Positions 1-10,500 of a stretch of DNA of 64,000 bases are shown here, piece by piece. Under the pieces are notes generated by a model, which was not told the origin of the DNA, made no database searches, and worked only from the letters and a program-made list of their open reading frames with translations. The translations under genes and the position numbers were made by a program. The DNA lies in assembly GCA_044222065.1 (NCBI GenBank), contig JBGAOA010000004.1, positions 1-64,000 of the forward strand, given 5' to 3'. Each line of letters opens with the position of its first letter. Position 1 is the first letter of the stretch. The DNA comes from Candidatus Eiseniibacteriota bacterium. Lineage in GTDB: Bacteria; Eisenbacteria; RBG-16-71-46.

Positions 1-38
1 GGCGGAGCCCCGCCCCGCACCCCCTTTACTCCGCCGGA

Positions 39-1379
39 ATGCACCTGCGCTCCGGCGGGGCTGCGGTGGTGGTGGTCGGGGCTCTGATGAGCACCGGGGT
101 GGCGGGTGCCGTCGAGTACACGCCTCCGGGGCCGGCGGCGTTCGCGCTCGTCGGCGGCACGGTGCATCCGGCGAGCGGGCCCGAGATCGCGAACGGGACC
201 GTGGTCGTAGAGGACGGTCGCATCGTCGCGGTCGGGGCGGGCGTCGCGGTGCCTTCGGGCGCGGCGGTCGTCAACGTCTCGGGCAAGCACGTCTGGCCGG
301 GGCTCATCGCGGCGAACACCGTGCTCGGGCTCACCGAGGTCTCGACGATCCAGGGCGCGCTCGACACGGACGAGACCGGCACGACGAACCCGAACATCCG
401 CGCCGAAGTGCAGATCAACCCCGACAGCGACCTGCTGCCCGTGACGCGCCTCAATGGCATCACGAGCGCGCTGGTCGTCCCGCGCGGCGGGGCGCTCAAC
501 GGCACGTCGGCGCTCGTCCACCTCGACGGCTGGACGTGGGAGGACATGACGGTGCGCGCGCCGGTCGCGCTGCACGTGCAGTGGCCGAACATGGGCATCG
601 TGCGCGCGTTCTTCGAGACGCGCTCCGAAGACGAGCAGAAGAAGGCGCGCGAGGAGGCGATCGCCGCGATCTCGAAGGCGTTCGACGACGCGCGCGCGTA
701 CGCGAAGGCGCGCGACGCCGAGTCGTCGCCCGGCGTGCCGCGTCACGACGCCGACGTGAAGTGGGACGCGATGCGGAAGGCGCTCGCGGGCGAGATCCCG
801 GTGGTGTTCCACGCCAACTCGGCGGCGCAGATCCGCGCGGCGCTCCGCTTCGCGGACGAACAGAAGCTGCCGAAGGTGATCCTGCTCGGCGGCCGCGACG
901 CGCCGCGCTTCGCCGAGACGCTCAAGGCCCGCGGCATCGCCGTCATCTACACCGATCTGCTCGCGACGCCGACGCGCGGCTACGAGTCCTACGACGCCGC
1001 GTTCACGGGACCCGCGGAGCTGGCGAAGGCGGGCGTGACGTTCTGCGTCGCCGACGCCGGCAACCAGGACGCGCACAACTCGCGCAACCTGCCCTACCAC
1101 GCGGCCATGGCGCGCGCGTTCGGGCTCACGGCCGACGATGCGCTCAAGAGCGTCACGCTCTTTCCGGCGCGCATTCTCGGCGTCGCCGACCGGCTTGGCT
1201 CGATCGAGGCCGGCAAGATCGCGGACCTCGTCGTGACCGACGGCGACGTGCTCGACGTGACGACGCACGTCGAACAGGTCTACATCGCGGGCCGCGCGAT
1301 TCCGATGGAGTCGCGGCAGACGCGGCTCTTCCACAAGTACGACGCGCGGCCGCGGGGCCCGAAGGCCCGCCCGCGCTGA
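39..1379 (+). CDS. Secreted amidohydrolase-family protein (imidazolonepropionase-like fold), probably lacking metal ligands
   Basis: GTVVVEDGRIVAVG and VWPGLI at the N-terminus; PARILGVADRLGSIEAGKIADLVV at the C-terminus; hydrophobic N-terminus. The frame is open to the window edge, so the start is uncertain. Confidence 0.8.
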   Translation: MHLRSGGAAVVVVGALMSTGVAGAVEYTPPGPAAFALVGGTVHPASGPEIANGTVVVEDGRIVAVGAGVAVPSGAAVVNVSGKHVWPGLIAANTVLGLTEVSTIQGALDTDETGTTNPNIRAEVQINPDSDLLPVTRLNGITSALVVPRGGALNGTSALVHLDGWTWEDMTVRAPVALHVQWPNMGIVRAFFETRSEDEQKKAREEAIAAISKAFDDARAYAKARDAESSPGVPRHDADVKWDAMRKALAGEIPVVFHANSAAQIRAALRFADEQKLPKVILLGGRDAPRFAETLKARGIAVIYTDLLATPTRGYESYDAAFTGPAELAKAGVTFCVADAGNQDAHNSRNLPYHAAMARAFGLTADDALKSVTLFPARILGVADRLGSIEAGKIADLVVTDGDVLDVTTHVEQVYIAGRAIPMESRQTRLFHKYDARPRGPKARPR

Positions 1380-1500
1380 AGCCACGCGCGGCCGCGGCGC
1401 GCCGCCGCGGCCGCGCCATCGATTCGGGTGCCGACCCGGATGCGCCAGGACGGCGCATCGCAATCTCCACGGACGGAGCCACGACGAGAGGAGACGTGCC

Positions 1501-2298
1501 ATGCCGACGATCACGAAGCACGCACAGGGGACGTTCAGCTGGCCCGAGCTGGGCGTGCCGAATCAGGCCGCGGCGAAGAAGTTCTATTCCGCCGTGTTCG
1601 GATGGGGTGTGAAGGACTACCCGATGCCGCCCGAGGCGGGCGGCGGCGCGTACACGATCTTCCAGGTCGACGGGAAGGACGTGTGCGCCTGCTACCACCT
1701 GTCGCCGGACATGCAGTCGCAGGGCATGCCCGCGAACTGGGGCGCGTACGTGACGGTGGACAACGCGGACGCGGCCGTGAAGAAGTGCGAAGCGCTCGGC
1801 GGCAAGCTGCTCATGGGTCCGATGGACGTGATGGGCACGCTCGGCCGGATGGCGGTGCTGCAGGACCCGACGGGCGCCACGTTCAGCGTGTGGCAGGCCG
1901 GCGACCACATCGGCGCGCAGGTGCTCGACGAAGCGGGCGCGCTCATCTGGACCGAGCTGATGACGAGCGACACCGCGAAGTGCGCGTCGTTCTACACGCA
2001 GCTGCTCGGCTACACGACGCAGGTCATGCCGATGGAAGATTCGCACTACACGATCTTCGTGTGCCCCGACGGCAAGCGGGCGGCGGGAATGATGGCGTTC
2101 CCTCCGAACATGACGAACGTGCCGCCGAACTGGACGAGCTACTTCGGCACGAAGGACATCCGTGGGACCGTCGCGAAGATCGAGCAGGCGGGCGGCAAGG
2201 TGTGCATGCCCGTCACCCCGATTCCGGGCGTCGGAGAATTCGCCGTCGTCCAGGACGACCAGAACGCCGTGTTCGCGCTGCTGCAGCCGAGCATGTAA
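1501..2298 (+). CDS. Two-domain VOC (glyoxalase/bleomycin-resistance) family protein
   Basis: Duplicated W-x-EL...FY..(V/L)(F/L)G(W/Y)...GG(K)...P..(V/I)..G..AV.QD modules; GAGGAG RBS upstream. Confidence 0.9.
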   Translation: MPTITKHAQGTFSWPELGVPNQAAAKKFYSAVFGWGVKDYPMPPEAGGGAYTIFQVDGKDVCACYHLSPDMQSQGMPANWGAYVTVDNADAAVKKCEALGGKLLMGPMDVMGTLGRMAVLQDPTGATFSVWQAGDHIGAQVLDEAGALIWTELMTSDTAKCASFYTQLLGYTTQVMPMEDSHYTIFVCPDGKRAAGMMAFPPNMTNVPPNWTSYFGTKDIRGTVAKIEQAGGKVCMPVTPIPGVGEFAVVQDDQNAVFALLQPSM

Positions 2299-2321
2299 CC
2301 GCTCCACCTCACGCGATGCAC

Positions 2322-2353
2322 GCGAGGGGCGCTCTCCGGAGCGCCCCTTTCGC
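2322..2353 (+). terminator. Hairpin, probable terminator after the VOC gene
   Basis: GAGGGGCGCTC-TCCG-GAGCGCCCCTT inverted repeat about 25 nt after the TAA. Confidence 0.6.
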
Positions 2354-2482
2354 GTTGGTGGATTGCGTCGCCGGTCAACTTCGCGCTTCCGCCCCGGCGG
2401 GGGCGCGCCCAGAATCGACGGACCGGACGCGCCCGCGTCCGGCGTCGTCCGCCCCGACGCGGGGCGTCCCAGGGAGGCGGTC

Positions 2483-2923
2483 ATGGGTCGAGTCTCCGAT
2501 CTGCTGGCCCGCAAGTCGTCCGTCGTCCACTGCGTGCGTCCCGATGATTCGGTGAAGCACGCGATCGAGAACATGATCGAGTTCAACGTCGGCGCGTTGC
2601 TCGTCATGGAAGGAACCGAGATTCGCGGCATCTTCACCGAGCGCGACGTGCTCCGGCGCGTCTCGCTCGCGGGCCGCGCTCCCGACCGCACGCCGGTGCG
2701 CGAGGTGATGACGGAGCGGCTCGTCTACCTCGATCCGACGCGGTCGATCGACGAGTGCATGGCCGTCATGACGAGCGCGCGCGTCCGGCACCTGCCGATC
2801 GTCGCGGAGCGCCGGCTCGTGGGCGTGATCTCGATCGGTGACGTCGTGCGGCACTTGAACGCCGAGCGCGAAGTCGAGCTGCGCTACCTGTCCGACTACA
2901 TCGCGGGGCGGTATCCGGGATAG
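2483..2923 (+). CDS. CBS-domain pair protein
   Basis: VGALLV..GIFTERD, VMT, VRHLPIV, GVISIGDVV; GGGAGG RBS before ATG 2483. Confidence 0.9.
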   Translation: MGRVSDLLARKSSVVHCVRPDDSVKHAIENMIEFNVGALLVMEGTEIRGIFTERDVLRRVSLAGRAPDRTPVREVMTERLVYLDPTRSIDECMAVMTSARVRHLPIVAERRLVGVISIGDVVRHLNAEREVELRYLSDYIAGRYPG

Positions 2924-3002
2924 GAGCGGCGCCGCGGCGCCGATCCCCCGGCGCCGATCCCGGCCAACCTTCTCGGACTCCGGCGCGTCACTACTGTTGC
3001 GC

Positions 3003-4514
3003 ATGCCCTCCGCCCGACTCGCCGTTCGGCCGCTCGCCCTCGCCCTGTTCCCGTTGCTCGCGCTCGCCGCGCTCCTTTCGCGGCCGACCGCGGGCCGGGC
3101 GTCCAATGCCTTCGCGAGCGACACTGCCCTGCAGCGAGCCGTCGAGGACCAGGGACGGCGCTTCGTCGAAGCGGTCAATGCTGCCGATCCCGCCGCCGCC
3201 ACGCGCGCAGTGGTGGAGCTGTACGACTCCGAGACGGTGAAGAGCGTCGGCGAGTCGAAGCTCGCCGGCGCGTTCGCGCGCATCCGGGAGCAGTTCGGGG
3301 CGCTCGAGTACCACCACTCGGAGGCGATCGCGGGCGGGGACGGCGCGACGCGCCGGTACTCGCTCCACGTCTATGCGAAGAGCGCGAAGGATGGCGGCTG
3401 GCACGACCTGCAGTTCTTCCTCGCGCCGTCGCCACCGCACCGGTTCACGCAGCTCGTGTTCGCCGCCGAGGTGGCCGAACCCGTCTATCTGCCGAACGGC
3501 GACTTCGACGACGCCGCGGCGCGCGCGTGGTTCTCGGACTACGTCGCGAAGCTCGAACGCGAGAACGACCTGTCGGGCGGAATCCTGATCGCGCGCGGCG
3601 AGCGTCTGCTGTTCGAGCGCGTGTTCGGTTTCGCCGACGCCGCCCGGCGTCGTCCGATCACGACCGGGACGCGCTTCAGCCTCGCCTCGGGCGGGAAGAT
3701 GTTCACCGCGCTGCTCGTCGCGCAACTCGTCGAGCGCAGGCGCCTGTCCTTCGACGACCGCCTCGCGCGCCTCCTGCCGCTCGTTTCGAAGCAGCCGTAC
3801 GTGCAGGACGTCACGATCGGACAGCTCTTGTCGCACACGTCGGGGATCGGCGAGTACTGGACGGAAGACTTCGAGCGGCACTGGGGCGAGATCCGCACGC
3901 TCGCCGACTTCGAACCATGGATCGCGAAGGCCGGCCGGCATTCGCCCCCGGGCGCGCGATACGAGTACAGCAACTCGAACTACATCCTGCTCGGGCTCGT
4001 GCTCGAGGGGATCTACGGCGAGCCGTACGAGACGATCGTGCGTGAGCGACTGTTCGAGCCGCTGGGCCTCGCCCACACCTCGCTCGGCCCCTTCGACGAC
4101 GACGACTCGCTCGCGGTGCAGCGCCTGAAGCGAGCGGGCGCGGGCTGGGCGGTGGCGGGGCACCTCGAACGGGGATCGTCGGCGGGCGGGGCGCTCTCGA
4201 CGATGGGCGACCTGCTGCGCTTCTCGCGCGCACTCGTCGCGGGTCGCATCGTCTCGGACACGCTGCTCGCTCGCATGACGAACCGCCAGACGCCGCCGGG
4301 CGAAGTCGGCGCGTACGGCTACGGCTTCCTGCTCGAGGGCCGCACGCGCGACGCGCGCTCGTTCGGCCACGGGGGCATCGCCCGCGGCGTGAACTTCGAG
4401 TACCGCTATTTCCCGGCGAGCGACGTGACGCTGATCGCGTTCTCGAACCAGGACAATGGCGCATACGACGACCTGCGCCGGAACGCCACGAAGCTCGTCA
4501 CCGGCGAGCGCTGA
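3003..4514 (+). CDS. Serine hydrolase, beta-lactamase/AmpC-like family, with an N-terminal extra domain
   Basis: SGGK (SxxK), LLSHTSGI, YEYSNSNY (YxN), FGHGG; signal peptide. Confidence 0.88.
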   Translation: MPSARLAVRPLALALFPLLALAALLSRPTAGRASNAFASDTALQRAVEDQGRRFVEAVNAADPAAATRAVVELYDSETVKSVGESKLAGAFARIREQFGALEYHHSEAIAGGDGATRRYSLHVYAKSAKDGGWHDLQFFLAPSPPHRFTQLVFAAEVAEPVYLPNGDFDDAAARAWFSDYVAKLERENDLSGGILIARGERLLFERVFGFADAARRRPITTGTRFSLASGGKMFTALLVAQLVERRRLSFDDRLARLLPLVSKQPYVQDVTIGQLLSHTSGIGEYWTEDFERHWGEIRTLADFEPWIAKAGRHSPPGARYEYSNSNYILLGLVLEGIYGEPYETIVRERLFEPLGLAHTSLGPFDDDDSLAVQRLKRAGAGWAVAGHLERGSSAGGALSTMGDLLRFSRALVAGRIVSDTLLARMTNRQTPPGEVGAYGYGFLLEGRTRDARSFGHGGIARGVNFEYRYFPASDVTLIAFSNQDNGAYDDLRRNATKLVTGER

Positions 4515-4550
4515 CGTCCGCCACGGGCGCCGCGTGCTAGGTTCGCGGCC

Positions 4551-5621
4551 ATGACGCTCCCGGCCCGCGCCGCGCTCGGCAAGATCGCTCCCGAAGTCTT
4601 CGACGGACTCATCGCACCGCACCTCGGCGCCGCGCGTGCCGAGGTGCTCGTCGGCCCGCGCGCCGGACACGACGGCGCGATCGTGCGCATCGGCCCCGCG
4701 CGCGTGATGAGCGTCACGACCGATCCGCTCTCGCTCGTGCCGTGCTGGGGGCTCGAACGCTCGGCACGGCTCGCCTGCCACCTGCTCGCCTCCGACGCGT
4801 GGACGAGCGGACTGCCGCCCGCGTACGCGACCGTCAGCTTTGCGCTCCCGCCGGACGTTTCGGACGACGACTTCGCGCGCTACTGGCGCGCGATGAGCGA
4901 GGAGTGGAGCGCTCTCGGCGTCGCGGTCGTCGCCGGCCACACGGGCCGGTACGACGGTGCGGACGGCACGGTGATCGGCGCCGCGACCGTGATCGGCGTC
5001 GGCGACGAGGGCCGCTACCTCGCGCCCTCGATGGCGCGGGCGGGCGACCGCGTCGTGGTGACGAAGGGCTGCGCGATCGAGACGACCGCGATCGTCGCGC
5101 ACCTTTGCCCGGAGCGGCTCGGCGAGCGCCTCGATCCCGAGGGCGTCGAGCGCGCGCGCGGCTGGGTCGAGCGCGTGAGCGTCGTCGCCGACTGCCGCGC
5201 GCTGCTGCGCGTCGGCGTGCGCGAACGCGGCGTCACGTCGCTCCACGACGCGACCGAAGGCGGCGTGCTCGGCGGGCTCGTGGAGCTGGCGAAGGGCGCG
5301 GGCGTGGACCTGCGGATCGAACGCGCGCGCATCCCGCTCGCACCCGAGGCGCGCGCGGCGTGCGAAACGCTCGGCGTGGATCCCTACTGGGCGCTCTCGG
5401 AGGGCACGCTGATCGCGACGGTGCGACCCGAACGCGCGGTCGAGGCGATCGCGGCACTCGCCGAGGACGGCATCGCCGCGGCCGACGTCGGCGAGGTGAT
5501 GGCGGGCGCGGGCCTCGTGTGGCTCGCCGAGTCCGACGGCCGCGTGACGACGCTCGATGCCGTCGAGCCCGATCCCTACTGGGCCGCGTACGGCCGCGCG
5601 GTGCGCGAGGGTTGGCGCTGA
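4551..5621 (+). CDS. AIR synthase (PurM/HypE-like) family protein
   Basis: GHDGAIV, TTDP, VVAGHT, LHDATEGG, SEGTLIA. Confidence 0.85.
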   Translation: MTLPARAALGKIAPEVFDGLIAPHLGAARAEVLVGPRAGHDGAIVRIGPARVMSVTTDPLSLVPCWGLERSARLACHLLASDAWTSGLPPAYATVSFALPPDVSDDDFARYWRAMSEEWSALGVAVVAGHTGRYDGADGTVIGAATVIGVGDEGRYLAPSMARAGDRVVVTKGCAIETTAIVAHLCPERLGERLDPEGVERARGWVERVSVVADCRALLRVGVRERGVTSLHDATEGGVLGGLVELAKGAGVDLRIERARIPLAPEARAACETLGVDPYWALSEGTLIATVRPERAVEAIAALAEDGIAAADVGEVMAGAGLVWLAESDGRVTTLDAVEPDPYWAAYGRAVREGWR

Positions 5622-5630
5622 CGCGTCCGC

Positions 5631-5711
5631 CGCGGGGGCCAAGCGAAAGCCCCCGCGCATCTCGGTGCGCGAGGGCTCTCGACTTCACCCACGGCGGTCG
5701 CCGTGGTGAAG
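5631..5711. terminator. Two hairpins between convergent genes
   Basis: CGCGGGGGC/GCCCCCGCG (5631-5657) and CTTCACC(C)ACGGCG/CGCCGTGGTGAAG (5683-5711). Confidence 0.55.
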
Positions 5712-5715
5712 AAGC

Positions 5716-6285
5716 TCAGAACTTGAACGCGATGCCCGCGCTCGCGTTCCAGAAGCTCGGGTCGAAGTCGCCGGACGTGATCGCGTTCGTGCGCTGGCCC
5801 AGGAACACGTAGCGGCCCTGGAAGTCGAGCGACACGAGCGGCGCGAGCGGGAAGCTCATGCCGCCGCCGACGTGGGCGCCGAACTCGGTCTTCGACTCGC
5901 TCGGGATCAGGAACGTCTCCTTGTAGTCGGTCGTCGTGATGTACGCGCCCGCGCCGCCGCCCACGTACAGGATCGGCGTCGGAGCGAGCCACACGGACGC
6001 GGTGACCGGGATCGTGCGCACGTTCAGGTCGCCGTTGAAGTACTCCTCGTTGCGGTAGCTCGCGCCGAAGCCGAGCTTCACCATCGGAGCGAGGCTTTGC
6101 CGCAGCTCGAGGCCGTACGACATCTTGTTCTCGTCGCTGTCGGGCGTGCGCGTGATGCCGACGGACGGAACGATCTCGGCGGAGTGCGCGTTCGAGAGTC
6201 CCGCCAGCAGCAGCAGCAGGAAGACGAGCGAGCCGAACAGCGCCCGCCGGCGGATCGAGATCGAGCGAGAGGTCGGTGCGTGCAT
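5716..6285 (-). CDS. Small outer-membrane beta-barrel protein (OmpW/OmpA-transmembrane-like)
   Basis: Signal peptide, amphipathic strands, YVGGGAG, C-terminal AGIAFKF. Start approximate. Confidence 0.8.
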   Translation of the reverse strand: MHAPTSRSISIRRRALFGSLVFLLLLLAGLSNAHSAEIVPSVGITRTPDSDENKMSYGLELRQSLAPMVKLGFGASYRNEEYFNGDLNVRTIPVTASVWLAPTPILYVGGGAGAYITTTDYKETFLIPSESKTEFGAHVGGGMSFPLAPLVSLDFQGRYVFLGQRTNAITSGDFDPSFWNASAGIAFKF

Positions 6286-6567
6286 GTGGTACTCCGGAAC
6301 GTGGGTCGCGAGCAGGGAGCTTCCGCGCGAGGAGTCGGCCCTCGCGGACACCTCCGCTATCGGCCGCTTCGAACCGCGACTTTCGCGCCCGGCGCGCGTC
6401 TTCCGGGGAATTCACGTCGCCTTCTCATTCGCCGGATTCGCGCACGCGGGATTTCCCAACCGCGCGCGGCGGACGTGCGATTCGCACGGCGGCGGCGCGC
6501 TTGCGCGGACCGGCGCGGCTCCGCGACCCTGCCGGGGCTCGCTTTCCTCGCCCATTCGGAGGTCGTG

Positions 6568-7188
6568 ATGCGCCTGCGTTCCGGAATCGCCGTCCTGCTG
6601 TTCGCCGTTCTCGCCGCCGCCGCCTTCGCCCAGACCGCGCCGCCCGCGCGCACGGACGCGCCGCGCGAGCGCAAGCCGCAACCGCGCGCGGCCGGGGCGC
6701 GCGTGCTCGTGGAGCCCTCGCGCCTCGAAGTGGACGACGGGGACACGGGCACGATCACGTGGGCGAACGGCGACACCGAAGTGGTGCGCATCCTCGGCAT
6801 CGACACGCCCGAGACGCGGCATCCGCACCAGAACCTGCCGTACGCGCAGTCGTTCGGACCCGAGGCGCGCGCGTTCGCGCAGGGCGCGTTCGGGCTCGCG
6901 GACAAGATCGAACTGCTGCGCTCCTCGACGCTCGATCCCTACGGCCGCACGCTCGGCTACTTCTTCCTGAACGGGAAGAACTACTCGGTGCTCGTCGTGA
7001 AAGCGCGGCTCGCCGAAGAGAGCGTCACGCGCTACGGCGACAACGGTCTCGCGAACGAAGCCGCCGAAGTGCTCGCGGCGGCGAAGGCCGCGGGCCCGCC
7101 GCCGTTCGAGTCGCCCGGCGAGTACCGCAAGCGCATGCGCGACGTGTCGCGCTGGCTGCGCGAGCACGGAGAGTATCCGGAGCAGTAG
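6568..7188 (+). CDS. Secreted thermonuclease (SNase-like) family protein
   Basis: DDGDT, VRILGIDTPE, DPYGRTLGY; signal peptide; GGAGG RBS. Confidence 0.88.
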   Translation: MRLRSGIAVLLFAVLAAAAFAQTAPPARTDAPRERKPQPRAAGARVLVEPSRLEVDDGDTGTITWANGDTEVVRILGIDTPETRHPHQNLPYAQSFGPEARAFAQGAFGLADKIELLRSSTLDPYGRTLGYFFLNGKNYSVLVVKARLAEESVTRYGDNGLANEAAEVLAAAKAAGPPPFESPGEYRKRMRDVSRWLREHGEYPEQ

Positions 7189-7509
7189 GAGGGAGCCGGC
7201 CGACGCGCCGCGATCGAGACTCGGCCGGACCCGACGAATTGTCACCTCGGAAGTTCGGCGCCGCGGCCGTCTATTGATGGAATCACCGAGGCGTTCGCCT
7301 CTCCGACGCGTGTGCTCCGCCCGACAAGCCCCGTCGGCTCGCTCGAATCGCGCCGTCTTCTCGCTCACCGAGACGGCTCGGCCGCGCTATTCGATTCCTG
7401 GCGGAGCACGCGTGTCGCCGGGAGGTTCGGCGTCTCGCCCTCGTCTGCGTGCGCCATCGCTTCGGCGCAGCGCCCGGAGACGCCTCTCGCTCCCCCGAAG
7501 GAGATCCGC

Positions 7510-10500
7510 ATGGGCCCCTCGGTTTCACGCGTCCCGCTGCTCCGGAAGTCCGTCGCCCTCGCGATCGCCGTGATCGCGCTCGTCACGCAGGCCGGCGCGG
7601 CGCGCGCCGCGAACGAATCGCTGTATGGCCAATGGTCGGTGCCGTTCTCGATGGCGCCGACGCCCGGGACCCAGTCGGACATGTGGACGAATCGGTTCAA
7701 CGACGTCCCCGTGAACGCGACGGTCTTCCCGAGTGGGACGCAGGACGCCAAGCTCGTCTACTGGGGTTCGAGCTACGCGTTCTTCCAGCTGCCGTACAGC
7801 TCCACGACGAGCTGGCTCAACCCGGGTTCGCTCACCCCGGTGCGGATTTCCAAGCCGATCAATGGAAGCGGCGCCAGCTCGCCGGACGAGTTCTTCTGCT
7901 CCGGGCAGACGATCATGTCGGACGGCCGCATGATGATTGCGGGCGGCCACATCGGCATCGTGAGCGAGCCTTCGACGAGCTACACGGGGTTCGATCGCTG
8001 GGTGCACACGTACGACACCGGGCCGCGCCTCGCGTACCGCTTCGACCAGGTTCCGGCCAACGACACGCGCTGGACGAAGTTCAACGACATGGGCGTGCCT
8101 CGCTACTACCCGACGGCGACGACGCTGCACGACGGCAGGGTGCTCGTGACCTCGGGAAACGTCGGGCAGTACTACGTGATGCTCGGCGGCGAGACGTCCG
8201 CGGGCGGGAACCCGATCACGGGCCTGCACGTGATCGAGGACTCCGACACCTATCGCCAGTTCTCGCCCACGTTCCGGACCGACTACGGCCCGGCATTGAC
8301 GCCCGAGATCAAGGGACACGCGTCCCTGTACGACGGGCTCACGTACGGACAGGACTACAACCGCTTCCGGGTCATCACGGTCGGCGGAATCGGAATGTCG
8401 GGCGGCTCTCAGGTGTTCAAGAACGACGTGTTCGCGATCTTCCGCCACGACAACCACGACAATCAGAGCTACGCCGACAAGTGGGAGTGGACGACCCTGA
8501 CGCCGAATCCCGGCACGGGCGTCAACTCGCCGCCGGCGGGTCGCGCCTATCACACCGCGGTGAAGGACGTGGCGCGCCGCAAGACCGACGGCACCTGGCA
8601 CATGGATCCCGCAGACCTCACGAAGTACGTCGTGGACAACGTGATGGTGGACTGCGGCACCGAGTTCTCGTGCGGCACGCCGCCGTGCAAGTGCCGCTAC
8701 ACCGGCAGCGTCGTGGTGTTCGGCGGGCTGACGGGCAGCGTCGCGTCGCCGACGCCGACGGACGAGCTGTGGACCTTCTCGTATCGTGCGCGCGACGAGG
8801 GCGGCTTCGCGCCGCCGAACCTCACGCAGTCGGGCTACTGGAACAACACGACCAATCCTTCGCGTGTCGTCGGTACGAACTGGCCGTCCGCTCGCTTCGG
8901 TCACGGCTCGGCCGTCATCCCGAGGCGAAACGTGGTCGGCGCCTCGTCGTCCTCCATTCCCGGCGCGCTGATCGTCTACGGCGGGCGGACGCTCTCGGGT
9001 GGCGTGGAGTCCACGATCGCCGAGAACGGCGACATCTGGGTCTGCAACCTCGAGGACGCGGGCCCCACGTGGACTCGGATCTCTCCCTTGAATGCGGCGT
9101 CCGTCGGCTCACGCGAAGGCGTGAGCATGATCTACAAGCCCTCGATCAGCGGAGACGTCGCGGGCGTGTACCTGTTCGGTGGGCGGCGGAAGGAAGCCAA
9201 CGGCACGTACACCTACTTCAACGACTTCTGGAAGCTGACCTATTCGGTCGCTTCGGACGGTCACACGCTGTCGGCGTGGACGTGGACTCCGATCACGGTC
9301 TCGGGTCCGCTGCCGCTCGCCCGCCATCAGGCGGCGCTCGCACTCGACGACGTTCAGCACGCGCAGTTCATCCTATCGGGAGGCGAGGGACCGCAGTCGC
9401 CTGGAAGCCAGACGATCGTGAAGTTCGGCGACGTTTATCGCCAGCTCGTCTCGACCGCCGTGGCGTTCGAATGGCGCGAGATCATCGCGGGCAGCATCGG
9501 GAATCCCACGGCGCGCTCGGGCCACACGCTCGTCGTGGATCCGCGCATCACGAACGCGCGCACGCACGAGCTGTTCGATCCCGCGACGGGGAACTGGTCG
9601 CCCCTCACCGCGAGCGGGCAGACGCAGCTGTGGATGGAGCAGTACCCGGCGATCTTCCAGCTCGCGGACAAGCGCATCTTCTACGCGGGTCCGTCAAAGC
9701 AGAACCGGATCTTCGACTGGGGCTCGGGCTGGCTGAATCCGACCGGCAGCGGGGCGCCGCGCAGCGTGGGCGTCGGCTCCACGTCCGTGATGTACCGGCC
9801 CGACGTCATCCTGAAGTGCGGCGACGGGACGAACACGACGACCGGACAGATCGTCGAGCGCATCGACTTCACGCTGGGCGCTTCCCCGACGTGGCAGCGG
9901 CTCACCGATCTGCCGGAGCGCCGCTTCCACCACAACATGACGATCCTGCCGAACGGCAACGTGCTCCTGACCGGCGGCGATGCGGGCGGGACGACGATGG
10001 AGACGATGGGCATCACGTCGGAGTCGCGTCACCGGACGCTGATGTGGAATTCCAATTCGTTCTCGGAAGTCGCGGCCGATCCGGTCGCGCGCAAGTACCA
10101 CTCGACCGCCGTCCTGCTTCCCGATGCGCGCGTGCTGACCGCGGGCGGTTTCGGTAAGACCGACACGCTCGCGCACACGGGGGCGATCTACACGCCGCCG
10201 TATCTGTTCAAGGCGAACAACACGATGTACACGGATGCCGAGCGCCCGCAGATCGTGAGCGTCAGCGTCGGCGCACTGGGCTACGACCCTCGTCCGTTCA
10301 CGATCACGCTGAATGCCACGACGCCGATCTCGAACGTCTGCCTGATTCGCGCGTCGGCGGTGACGCACAACTTCAACATGGACCAGCGATACGTGCCGTT
10401 GCGGTTCGTGCAGACCGGCACGCTCGTGACCGTGTCAAAGCTGTCGGCGTTCGCGAACTCGAGCAACCAGACCATTCAGTACGTCGCCGAGGACGACGGC

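Noticed and set aside
4551..5621. AIR-synthase-family gene as selenophosphate synthetase (selD), given the nearby Sec candidate
   Set aside because: Same superfamily, but it lacks the N-terminal (C/U)-x-x-K motif of SelD.
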